Below are positions 1 to 12,900 of a stretch of DNA of 64,000 nucleotides, piece after piece. A model generated the notes under the pieces. The model was given only the letters and a program-made list of their open reading frames with translations, ran no database searches and was not told where the DNA came from. Where the stretch lies: contig NW_018404662.1 in the NCBI RefSeq assembly GCF_002113885.1, positions 1,040,114 to 1,104,113 of the forward strand, written 5' to 3'. Source of the stretch: Mizuhopecten yessoensis (taxonomy: Eukaryota). A program made the translations under genes and the position numbers. Position 1 is the stretch's first letter. Every line of letters begins with the position of its first letter.

Positions 1-787
1 TGACTTGTTCAACAAAAGTCAGTAAGCCTATCCATTTTACTATTTTGACACTTAACATGAAGAGTTCCCGTCTGTGTGCTAAAACACCTTGAATTCGTGA
101 AATTAAATTTACACATATTATTCTATTTGAAATACTGTTCAGATATATACGACTACAACTCTAAACAGTATGAAATTAAATGCTCAAATTTTCGACATGA
201 CAGAACAAATTTAAAACAAAATAGAACCAAACATCACACAGCAGCGACGAAATGCAAGCGACTTGAAGTATAACAAGACAAGTAAACATACACAGAAGAT
301 CGAGGTCCTCCTTCTCAGAGCAGATGTCACATCTACAAAGTTTGCCATTCCAGGTGTGCAACTGTCGACAGAAATCCCATATTTCTCAGCACTTCTGATC
401 GAGGTCATTTAACAGACTCTTCTGCGCTCAAGCCGCCCCAAACATGAATGACTTCTTTCCATAAAGACTACTCTTATCTTTGAGATATTGACTGTCTTTT
501 TGTGCTCTGAAAAATAGATAAACCTGTAGTAATTAGATCAGTTATAAAATTAGGTATCTTATAATTTTTATATATTATATGCCAAGATTTGTTTTATGAT
601 TTGAATGCAATAAGTGAAGCCACATTGGTGTTTTGAATTTTCATTTGAGATATGAATTGATAAGAAGCCATTTCAGTGTTAGCATTTCAATACACTAATA
701 TTTTAATATTCGGTAATCAATTCTATGACAAGCCTAAAATGACTTTTTATACAATCACAAGAGATCTGATCTGAATCACCGCAAGCA

Positions 788-916
788 ATGCCATGCCCGT
801 CATGGGAACGAGCAACTCAATGGTTGCTCACGTCGCGGGGAGTCTTCAAGGAGAAATTCCAGGACGATGGCTACAGGGCCCAGCTGAGGGAGCTCCTGCG
901 ACTCTCCTGGCCAATG
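788..916 (+). CDS. SLC47A1: MATE exon 1 (MPCPSW...ELLRLSWPM)
   Basis: ATG at 788, 43 codons, donor GTATGA at 917. Confidence 0.88.
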
Positions 917-3900
917 GTATGATACCCTTTCTCTGTCACGTACCCTACTTAGGCTGAGGGTATGACACCCTTTCTCTGTCAGATTCCCTACTCAGGGTAA
1001 AGGTATGACACCCTTTCTCTGTCACGTTCCCTACTCAGGGTAAAGGTATGACACCCTTTCTCTGTCACGTTTACTACTCAGGGTGAAGGTATGATACCCT
1101 TTCTCTGTCACGTTTACTACTCTGGGTGAAGGTATGATACCCTTTCTCTGTCACGTTCCCTACTAAGGGTGAAGGTATGATACACTTTCTCTGTCACGTG
1201 CCCTACTAAGGGTGAAGGTTTGATACCCTTTCTCTGTCTCGTTCCCTACTAAGGGGGAAGGTATGATACACTTTCTCTGTCACGTACCCTACTTAGGCTC
1301 AGGGAATGACGCCCTTTCTCTGTCAGATTCCCTACTCAGGGTATAGGTATGACACCCTTTCTCTGTCAGGTTCCCTACTCAGGGGGAAGGTATGATACCC
1401 TTTCCCTGTCACGTTCCCTACTCAGGGAGAAGGTATGATACCCTTTATCTGTCACGTTCCCTGCTCAGGGTGAAGGTATGATACCCTTTCTGTGGCACGT
1501 TCCCTACTAAGGGTGAGGGTATGATACCCTTTCTCTGTCACGTTCCCTACTAAGGGTGAAGGTATGACACCCTTTCTCTGTCACGTTCCCTACTAAGGGT
1601 GAAGGTATGATAACCTTTCTCTGTCACGTTCCCTACTAAGGGTGAAGGTATGATACCCTTTCTCTGTCACGTTCCCTACTCAGGGTGAAGGTACGATACC
1701 CTTCTCTGTCACGTTCCCTACTAAGGGTGAAGGTATGATAACCTTTCTCTGTCACGTTCCCTACTCAGGGTGAAGGTATGACACCCTTTCTCTGTCACAT
1801 TCCCTACTTAGGCTGAGGGTATGATGTATGATACCCTTTCCCTGTCACGTTCCCTACTCAGGGAGAAGGTATGATACCCTTTATGACGTTCCCTACTAAG
1901 GGTGAAGGGATACCCTTTCTCTGTCACGTTCCCTTCTAAGGGTGAAGGTATGATACACTTTCTTTGTCACGTTCCCTACTCAGGGTGAAGGTATGACACC
2001 CTTTCTCTGTCACGTTCCCTATTTAGGCTGAGGGTATGATACCCTTTCTCTGTCACGTGCCCTACTAAGGGTGAAGGTATGATACCCTTTCTCTGTCACG
2101 TCCCCTACTTAGGCTGAGGGTATGACACCTTTTCTCTGTCACGTGCCCTACTAAGGGTGAAGGTATGATACCCTTTCTCTGTCACGTTCCCTACTCAGGG
2201 TGAAGGAAAGTTACCCTTTCTCTGTCACGTTCTCTACTCAGGGTGAAGGTATGTTACCCTTTCTCTGTCACGTTCCCTACTAAGGATAAAGGTATGACAC
2301 CTTTTCTCTGTCACGTGCCCTACTAAGGGTGAAGGTATGATACCCTTTCTCTGTCACGTTCCCTACTAAGGTAAGAGGTATGATACCTTTTCTTTGTCAC
2401 GTTCCCTAATCAGGGTGAAGGTATGATACCCTTTCTCTGTCACGTTCCCTACTAAGGGTGAAGGTATGATACCCTTTCTCTGTCACGTNNNNNNNNNNNN
2501 NNNNNNNNNNNNNNNNNNNNNNNNNNNNNNNNNNNNNNNNNNNNNNNNNNNNNNNNNNNNNNNNNNNNNNNNNNNNNNNNNNNNNNNNNNNNNNNNNNNN
2601 NNNNNNNNNNNNNNNNNNNNNNNNNNNNNNNNNNNNNNNNNNNNNNNNNNNNNNNNNNNNNNNNNNNNNNNNNNNNNNNNNNNNNNNNNNNNNNNNNNNN
2701 NNNNNNNNNNNNNNNNNNNNNNNNNNNNNNNNNNNNNNNNNNNNNACTACTCAGGGTGAAGGTATGATAACCCTTTCTCTGTCACGTTCCCTACTTAGGG
2801 TGAAGGTATGATAACCCTTTCTCTGTCACGTTCCCTACTTAGGGTGAAGGTATGATAACCCTTTCTCTGTCACGTTCCCTACTAAGGATGAAGGTATGAC
2901 ACCCTTTCTCTGTCCCATTCCCTACTAAGGCTAAAGATATGATACATTCCCTCTGTCACGTTCCCTACTAAAAGTAAAGGTATGGTAAACTTTCTTTGTA
3001 AAGTCCTTAAGTCATCGTGGTCAATAATAAAGAATCCATGACGCGTCCTCCGACTGTTATGGGCAATAGTTTGATAAACGATCGCTCTGTTGCTTTCTGA
3101 AAAAGTCTTGGCAATATTATTGTCAACTTCATGACGTTCATGGCCCATTAAAATGGTATGATACTTGGTTTGGTTTAATTTTGTTTAACGTCCTATTAAC
3201 AGATAAGGTAATTTAAGGACGTGCCTTCATGCGTGTAGTATATGCATGCTTGCATGTGTGTATGCAGGAGACAGGGTATGTTGTTGTGCTTGCCTCCTTG
3301 TGATAGCGCGGATTTGATGCCGACTTTATAGTGCTATCTCACTGAAATACCATGCAAAAGGCACCCAGCACAGCATTCCGCCCGGTCACATTACACTGAC
3401 AACGGGTGCACCAGTTGTTACCATTTCCCTTAATGCTGAACATTTAGCAGGGAATAACAACTACCATTTTTAAAGACTTTGGTATGTCCCGACCTGGGGA
3501 CAGAACCCATTGCCTTCCTCAGCTGGGCGAACGCTCAACATTAAGGCCAAAAGTGAGGGGTTGTCAAGCAAGGCGCTAGGGAATAAGAGGTAGTTAGAAG
3601 TAGAAAGAAAGATAATGATCACAAATATTGCAATGGGTACAGCAGATTTATTTTGGTCGCTTTTGTGTTCCCAAATTGAGGACACCAAAGCAAATCCCCA
3701 GTTCTGCAGGGGGTTCCAACATTAGTCGCCTCCTACGATACATGCAGTGTGTAACAGCAGGTGTATTCTTTTCCCGATCATCAACCTGCAGGGGTGTGAT
3801 ATGATACAATTACTTTGTCACGTCCTACGTCACTTTTGGCCAATGGACAAAATCTCTCTGTCATGTCTTTCGACTATCGGGATAACGGTACGATACACTA

Positions 3901-6900
3901 TCGGTCACGTCCTCGATAGGAACTGTCGACACTCAAAGATATCTACACACTGTTCTTTGATCAACGGCAAACATTCTAGCAGAAAAGGTTGAATTATTTG
4001 ATTTTTTAAGTTTTAAAGATGATAAATATGTGCATACGAGAGGAACCCTACTGAGAATGAATATGAAACTCAATTGTAAAAGTCTATTCAAAAATCTATT
4101 AAAAAGTTCAATCAGTAGAAAACTGTATTAGTAACTAAAAAGCCTGCTCGCACACATAGACTATATCACTGTCTTGGACTTGAATTTTTCTCATGGACGA
4201 AATGAAGTTGCTGCTGCTACTTCTTTGACATGCAATTTGTCCTTAGCTGTTTCGATAAGAGGATCTGCTTCCTTACTTACTGCCATTGTTGTGTGCTATG
4301 ACAGGTGTTGACCTACCTATCCATGTACTCCATGTCCTGTGTCAGCATTGCATTCTGTGGACAGTTCAGCAAGGAGGCTCTGGATGGGGCATCCCTCTCA
4401 ACCACGGTAAGCTCATTCCGAATTCGTACAATGGTCCCAGGTGTTCCTTCCATAGTTTTAGGAAACAATTTGTTATCAAATCGTACAGATATATATCCAT
4501 TACTGATGCGACTTGAATACTGATGTAATTAAGGAGTTCGATGATCATTTGTATGGATAAGCAATTTAATGTTTTATGCTCACTGGAGCAGGTCACACTA
4601 GTAAGAAGTAGTCTCATGTCCAGATGCAACAAGCAGGTACTTCATTACTTCGTTATTCTAGTCTAGTGTTAAATAGCCTCGTGGCTAAATATTCAACTGA
4701 AATAGTAATACTGTTATACGGTGAGATGAGGACTGACCATTTAGTAGATGAGGTATTTCTACTAAATATTGAATAATCTCGTTAGGTCTGGTTCTATTGA
4801 TGTTAAATGTGGCATGTTCATATTATGCAATGGACAGGGGATTTTCACAGTTTGTTAAAATGAAAATAGGTTTCAAATTAAGACTTTTGATGTTTAAGAA
4901 CTTGATTCTCCATTCTATTCCAGGTCGTTTTTTGAACAAGACTTTTTGAGTATACTCAAGGAAATGTCGAAACAGTCTCTCAAGTTCACTGTATGGAAGA
5001 CTTTCATATTAACCTACCAATCATAGTTTACATTAAGATTAAAACACACGTTCATAAACTAGACATTTGTGTTTTACTGAAAAAAAAGGAACTAAATAGA
5101 ACTTCATCGAGATAGCAGTGACCTACTTTGCCGATATTTGAACGTTCTATAGAGCATCCTCAATAGCAACTAATCTTGTTTGGAGTTTTGGGATCATTTC
5201 AACGCTTAACTTAACTACTAAATATGTAACATTAGTAACATTTTTGGTTTACATGCAATCAATTGCCATGGTTATCAAATGTACACATTAATAAAACATT
5301 ATATTTCAAAATCTCAGATTAATTATTTATATTTCTTTAACATAAAAGGATAACATATTCTTCAAATGACCCTCAACGAGAACAATCTATTCATTAACAA
5401 AACTATTGCACCCCCGAAGCATTGTCGGAAAAATCAAATCAACATATGTTTCGAATGCTATTGTCGTTATGGAAATCCGATCCAAAGAAAATATTCGGAT
5501 TAAAAGGACAATTTGGTTGTTATTTAGCGATGAGGTTTTCGTTTCAGATCACCAATGTCTTGGGGACATCTGTTATGGTCGGGCTGTCCTCTGCATTCGA
5601 CACACTGTTTCCCCAGGTAACGAATCCCTTAAACAACGTAACCATGCATTATTGTACTACGTAATTATTATAACTACGGGCGAGCAATTTCTAGAAAAGA
5701 GGATAATAATCAGTTGTACAGAATATAAATTATGTCCTTATTTCTCGAAGATCTGTTATATATATTTGTATATTTTTACTTTGATTCCATGATTGTAGCA
5801 GATTGTTTGTGCGAGAAATAACTACGTGTCTGCGATGCTTGTGAATTCTTTAACAGAAGCGATTGTTTCAGACATACGGCAGCGGTAACCAGTTCGGCGT
5901 TGGAATCATCTTACAAAGAGGTAAGGACATTATTTTGTACGATTGTTTTTAAACAATATTATAGCCAGACAGTCAACTTTTGTTTAAAATAGGAATAGAA
6001 AAAATAAAAAAAAACATCTCATCTATTTACTTTCTCTACCATCTGCTCTTCGTTTCGATTGTATATATCCAGACACCTATGATTAGCCCTGGTTTGCCCT
6101 TTGTTCCTCTTAGTACCTCTGGTTTGCCTTTTGTTCCCCTTAGTACCTCTGGTTTGCCCTTTGTTCCCCTTGGTACCTCTGGTTTGCCCTTTGTTCCTCT
6201 TGGTACCTCTGGTCTGCCCTTTGTTCCTCTTGGTACCTCTGGTCTGCCCTTTGTTCCCCTTGGTCCCTCTTGTTTTCCCTTTGTTCCCCTTGGTCCCTCT
6301 TGTTTTCCCTTTGTTCCCCTTGGTCCCTCTGGGTTGCCCTTTGTTCCTCTTAGTACCTCTGGTTCGCCTTTTGTTCCCCTTAGTACCCCTGGTTTGCCCT
6401 TTGTTCCTCTTAGTACCTCTGGTTCGCCTTTTGTTCCCCTTAGTACCCCTGGTTTGCCCTTTGTTCCTCTGGGTACCTCTGGTTTGCCCTTCGTTCCCCT
6501 TGGCCCCTCTGGTTTGCCCTTTGTTCCCCTTAGTACCTCTGGTTTGCCTGCTGTCATTAAAATGTTATACTACTAAAGTTAAAACCTTTTAGTGTGGTGA
6601 CAGTTTAGAGTGGCCATTAGGTAACACTTTTATCAGAGAACACTGTTCAAATGACATTTGCTATTAATGCAATTATATAAGCCCATGACCCGCTATTCGT
6701 CATTACCGTCGGGAGAAAACAGAAGAGCCATGTGTTACCTCTCGTGCATTTTTCTCTTTGTATGTTTGACAATACCTAGCTCTCGAAATAAAACTGTATG
6801 ATGTATATTACATTGGATTAATAATTCCAAACCAAATTAAGACAAAATACATCATGCAAAGGTATATGTTTTTCAACATTAGTGCTATTTCTGACGCACT

Positions 6901-9900
6901 TTCAATTACACTATCATGCTTCGATGTTTGAGACATTTTGCTTGGTCTAGATGAAATTGGTTATGATCATGTCTTTTTGTCCAAAAAGACATTGCCCATC
7001 ATTTTACCACATGACATTTCATGAAGCAGACGCCAGAGCGCCCCTCATTTATATTGACTAAGGCTTGCGTTGATGTATCTGTTGAAACGCAGCATAGTCT
7101 GCATTACGGGCTTTTTGTGATATGTATGCATTTTTTTTGTGTCAAATGCTGCTAATGGGCATTTTACTGCGGTGATCAATTCATACAGACGTCAGCTGTT
7201 AGTTATCACATCTAGAGACTAACCCGCATAAACTGTAGGACTGTTATACACGGGGTTATTTCAATGTCATATGGTTAATTGTAAACGTGTTCTGCATAGA
7301 TACTGAACACTTTTGAACTAAAACCAGCACTTGTGTGCATTTATCATCGGTCACAGTTCCTTATTTTAATAAATGTCTGAAACGTTGCTCTCTGACAGTT
7401 TTTCTTTATTCCTGAAACTGGGGTCGTATGTAAAAGAAACAATATGAAATTAAGTGATTTAAGATAAGTCTCATTTTTCTAAATTTGAAAAATTCATAAA
7501 AAGTTTAGGTTTCAGTTTTTTTAACGTCCTATTGACAGGTAAGGTCATTTGAGGACGTGCCTCCATGTGTGTTGTGTAAGCGAACATGTGCGTATTTGTG
7601 CCGGTGACAGGTAATGCTGGTGTAATTGCCTCCTTGTGATAGCTCGGATTTGACGCTGACTTTATAGTGCTATCTGACTGAAATACTATGCCGAAGGCAC
7701 CAAGCACAGCATTCCATCCGGCCCATATACTGACAACGGATGAACCAGTTGTTGTCATTACCCTAAATGCTGAACGTTAAGTAGGGAATAATAACTACCT
7801 TTTTTAAAGACTTTGGTATTTTCTGGCCTTGGGACAGAACCAATTGCCTCCCCCGTCAATGGAAACAAATATAGCATTTATGACACGATCAAAGGCGAAG
7901 ATTGCAAATGAAAGCCCACTTTTATTTACAAGTTATTCTTAAAGTTTAAAATTCCGTCAACGTGGTCCTTTACGGATTTTATGGCGTCATATTAGATCAT
8001 ACTTAATTCATGAATATCACGTTACGGTAAACTTTGTTATTTCAGGTCGTTGTCTTCTTTAAATACAGCGCAGTAAAGTTAAATTATTTAAAAAGAAAGT
8101 AATAAAATAAAGTGTTTTATAAGAAACTTATTAATAAAGTTGATATTGATATCGATATACATGTATTTAATTTTTACAAAGAACGTATACAGTTTATTGT
8201 AACATTTTAATGTTCATCGATTCTCTACAGATCAAGCCGGCATATTTGTACATTTTTTAGTTCGTACAGCTTCAGGTACTTTTATTCGCGTAGTAATTAT
8301 TTTCATATTCTCAGGAACAAACTCCATGTTATTACAGTTATGTGTTTATTATTTGCGTTGTATGAGCAATAAAATCACATAAAATATTCAATCCAAATAA
8401 ACGTAAAGTTAACTCAAAAGTGTTTATTAAATTAAAACACAAAAAAATGGAAGAGCCACTTTGGAGAAATACAGTCGCGTAACCGCCATAGCTCTATACG
8501 GTAGTATACTATTTGATTTAAATTTATTTTCTTATTCTGAGGCTGTACCACGTTTTTCTTATCTCTTTAAGACAAAATATTTTATTTTGTTGTCATTGAT
8601 ATAAAAATAAATCATTCCGATACAATCATATAGATGAAAATGGCATTTCCTTCAATCCTTAAGTTTACTTGTAGAATAACGGAAGTTTTATTGATTAAAA
8701 TAGGGTTGATCATCCTGTTCCTCGCATGCTTTCCCTGCATAGCGATTTTCATCAACACGGAACATTTGCTTCTTTTGCTTGGACAGGAGGCAGAGGTGTC
8801 CAGGTGAGTCCTTTCCACATACATGTACATTTCATAGTTTAAACACTCAGAGGTGTCCAGGTGAGTCCTCTCCACATACATGTACATTCCATAGTTTAAA
8901 CACTCAGAGGTGTCCTGGTGAGTCCTCTCCACATACATGTACATAGTTTAAACACTCAGAGGTGTCCAGGTGAGTCCTCTCCACAAACATGTACATAGTT
9001 TAAACACTCAGAGGTGTCCAGGGGAGTCCTCTCCACATACATTCCATAGTTTAAACTCTCAGAGGTGTCCAGGTGAGTCCTCTCCACATACATGTACATT
9101 CCATAGTTTAACCACTCAGAGGTGTCCTGGTGAGTCCTCTCCACATACATGTGCATAGTTTAAACACTCAGAGGTGTCCAGGTGAGCCCTCTCCACATAC
9201 ATGTACATAGTTTAAACACTCAGAGGTGTCCAGGAGAGTCCTCTCCACAAACATGTCCATAGTTCAAACACTCAGAGGTGTCCAGGTGAGTCCTCTCCAC
9301 ATACATGTCCATTCCATAGTTTAACCACTCAGAGGTGTCCTGGTGAGTCCTCTCCACATACATTCCATAGTTTAAACACTCAGAGGTGTCCTGGTGAGTC
9401 CTCACCACATACATGTACATAGTTTAAACACTCAGAGGTCTCCAGCTGAGTCCTCTCCACATACATGTCCATAGTTTAAACACTCAGAGGTGTCCAGGTG
9501 AGTCCCCTCCCCATACATTCCATAGTTTAAACACTCAGAGGTGTCCTGGTGAGTCCTCTCCACAAACATGTACATAGTTTAAACACTCAGAGGTGTCCAG
9601 GAGAGTCCTCTCCACAAACATGTCCATAGTTCAAACACTCAGAGGTGTCCAGGTGAGTCCTCTCCACATACATGTACATTCATTAGTTTAAACACTCAGA
9701 TGAGTGTTGTGTGTAATCTTCAAGCTTTCTGTGATCAGGCAAGTTCTTCACATATCATTCATATTTCCTGTACTTAGCGACTCTTTACCAAACAGTCAAA
9801 ATATTTGTACTCAGGCAACTCTCTCCAACACACATGAACTAGATAATTGTTTTGCTTAAGCAGGAGACGGGTGTGTGTGCAGGTGTCTTTCCCACATATT

Positions 9901-12900
9901 CGTAAACTTTCTATAATCACGGGAGCCTTTTATATATTAATACTTTCTATACTTAGGCGGTACCTTAAACATTACTCCATACATCCGGTGACCAGATGAA
10001 CCCTTTAATATACTCAGTTTTCCGCGTTACCTTGTTAACCTTTCCACACACTCCACACAATCCACACTTCATTCATTTAGTGAGAGTAACAGTTGCCATA
10101 TGCTCCATCCTTGTGTGTAATCAGACAAGTCCTTCCATTATCCATGCTTCCTCTAATCAGGTGAGCCCTTTTCACATATCCCATACCTATGAGGCCTTGT
10201 CACATACACCACGCTTCCTTAAATCAGACAATTTTATCGACATATCAACTGCCTCTATCGTTTGAACTTACACATTTTCAATAAAACAATGACTAAGAGT
10301 ATTTATTTCTACTGATTTAAAAAAAAATGATATCCTTATTTCCTCAAAACGTAGATTTTTAATGACAAATGTGAAGAATAAAGTACGTAGCATAATTACA
10401 TTTACAATATTCATATAATAAAGTTAGCAAAATAGTAGTGACGATTGCTTTTATAATTGATGTAATATTTGTTTTCTATATTTGATTAAAAAAAGTATAT
10501 ATACAATGTATTGCCCGAATAACTAATTCTTTTCACCATTTCTTTAAGTATGTCCATTGTGGAATCATGGGACAGACTCATGGTCATAATCTCTATTATA
10601 TTATAGGTTGGCAGGCCTTCATGCCACAGCTTATTCGTTTGGACTACCGGTAAGACTTAACGTATATATAAGAGCCTACTCGTCAAGGTATTTCGTTAAC
10701 GACATGCTTATTATCTTTGTCTCTTATTTGTTTAGTTACCAATACATTTTAAATACCTGAGTATGTATTTATCTTATGATGTTTGCATTTCATAAGGTTA
10801 TTCACAAATGAGCATATTTGGCGAAATTCCATATTGTCAATTAATGATTGTCAGATTCAGTTTTCAGGAATATGAATTTCTGTTAATGCCTTTTATTTAA
10901 ACAGTAATGCAAAGGAGACAAATTCAACTATAAAGTAGGGTTATCAACGGTTAACCGATTACCCCTTGGTCGGAAGGTCGCGAAATCGAACATTCCATTA
11001 TCCCGTCGGGAGCCCCATGCTTACATGTACCTGTCTACCTATTGATTCATATTTGCGTTACCATCGGCATACTGTTTTAGTTATCTAATAAGACTTCAAT
11101 AGCATATTATAACTTCAGAGCCATAATCTCACTTATACACTTAAATCAACGATACATGTGATCATGATTACAACACGCCGACGCCCACTCGTGCAAACGT
11201 AAATGACAGATCTTACTATGATTACAGGGTCACTCTCATGCATACAGTGTACTAACATCATAAATATGATTATGATTTCAGGGTCATGCCCTCACGTGCA
11301 TACTGTTACGGTATTTACAATGTCAGGTACGTATATAGGAACTTATGTATGTAAACAATCGTGACATGATGGAAAATGATGAGTCCATAACAATGTAAGT
11401 GTGTCCAGAATCAAGCACGTGACATATATATATATATACATATATATTACAAGTATTAACTTTTAAAGTTTTATATAAAAGAACGTGATTATTATTGAAA
11501 TTCCCTGCCAAGACTCTCGCTATTGATTAGTAATCAGTCATATAGTCATTGCTTTAGATACACACGTATTGTTTTATACCTGTAGGGGATCGTGATACCG
11601 AACGTATTCATGGGGCTGGGCTCGGCACTGGCTAATGTCGGGATCCACTGGTTGTTCGTCTTCTACCTGGACATGGGCACATTGTCAGTATCATCATATC
11701 AAATATCTTCTTAATGTATTTCATTCATTTTCTTTTCCACTTGTCTCGAGTACTGGAATTTCTTGCGATTTTCCATTGAAATTAAAACCTGACAAAACGA
11801 AGTGAGTTCGAGAAATTTAATTCTTACGAATTTAGCAGCTATAAAGTATACTCAATTATCAATATGGACATTGATTAAAAGTTTATGTTGAACATTATTG
11901 TTGTTTTACTAATGATTTGTGTTTATGTCTATTTAGTGGTGCTGGTCTAGCATTAGGCATTTCACGGTGGCTATTTGCTATCGTGCAAGTCATTTACGTA
12001 TTGGCTGCTGGGGTCTACAAAGACACGTGGTCAGGTAATGTAAGAACAGTATTACAAATCTGTTGTTTTCACACAAAAAAAGAAAACACTGATGATTTAT
12101 ATAATTTCATTTGTATGTAATAGTCGGAAGGCAAGATCGTTATATACCTATCAATTACGTCTTTATGTCTATACTTTATTTTCCCACACTTTTTGATGGC
12201 AATTTGTATTCCATCGTTTAAAAAAACTTTGTATAAGCACATAGATACACGGTATTTTAAATGCGCACATTGATACACTGTATTTTGTATATTTACGTTG
12301 ATACGATACTTCGCATGGACACATTAATATAATTCTTTGAATACACATATAATACACTACGTTGTTAGTGCGCTAACATCCGGGCTAACAAGAGTGATTA
12401 ATACAATGAATAAGCTAAAACAACTTGTTTCATAATTGTTGCAAAATAAATAAAGTTAAGTTAATACGTATACACACAATGATATACGATACTTAGTATA
12501 TACACAATGATATACGATACTTAGTATACACACAATGATATACGATACTTGATATATCCACATTGATATACGATACTTAGTATATCCACATTGATATACG
12601 ATACTTAGTATACACACACTGATATACGATACTTAGTATATCCACATTGATATACGATACTTAGTATACACACAATGATATACGATACTTAGTATACACA
12701 CACTGATATACGATTCTTATATATCCAAAGAGATACGATCCTGTAAATCAACATGATACGATACTTTGTATACACACATTGATATACGATACTTTGTATA
12801 TCGACATTGATACGATACTTAGTATACACACAATGATATACTATACTTTGTATATCCACATTGATACGATCCTGTACATCAACATGATACAATACTTGAT

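Noticed and set aside
2466-2759. ORF across the N run
   Set aside because: Artefact of the assembly gap.
5980-6592. Collagen-like or Pro-rich ORFs
   Set aside because: A 30-bp intronic minisatellite open in three frames, not needed by the MATE exon chain.
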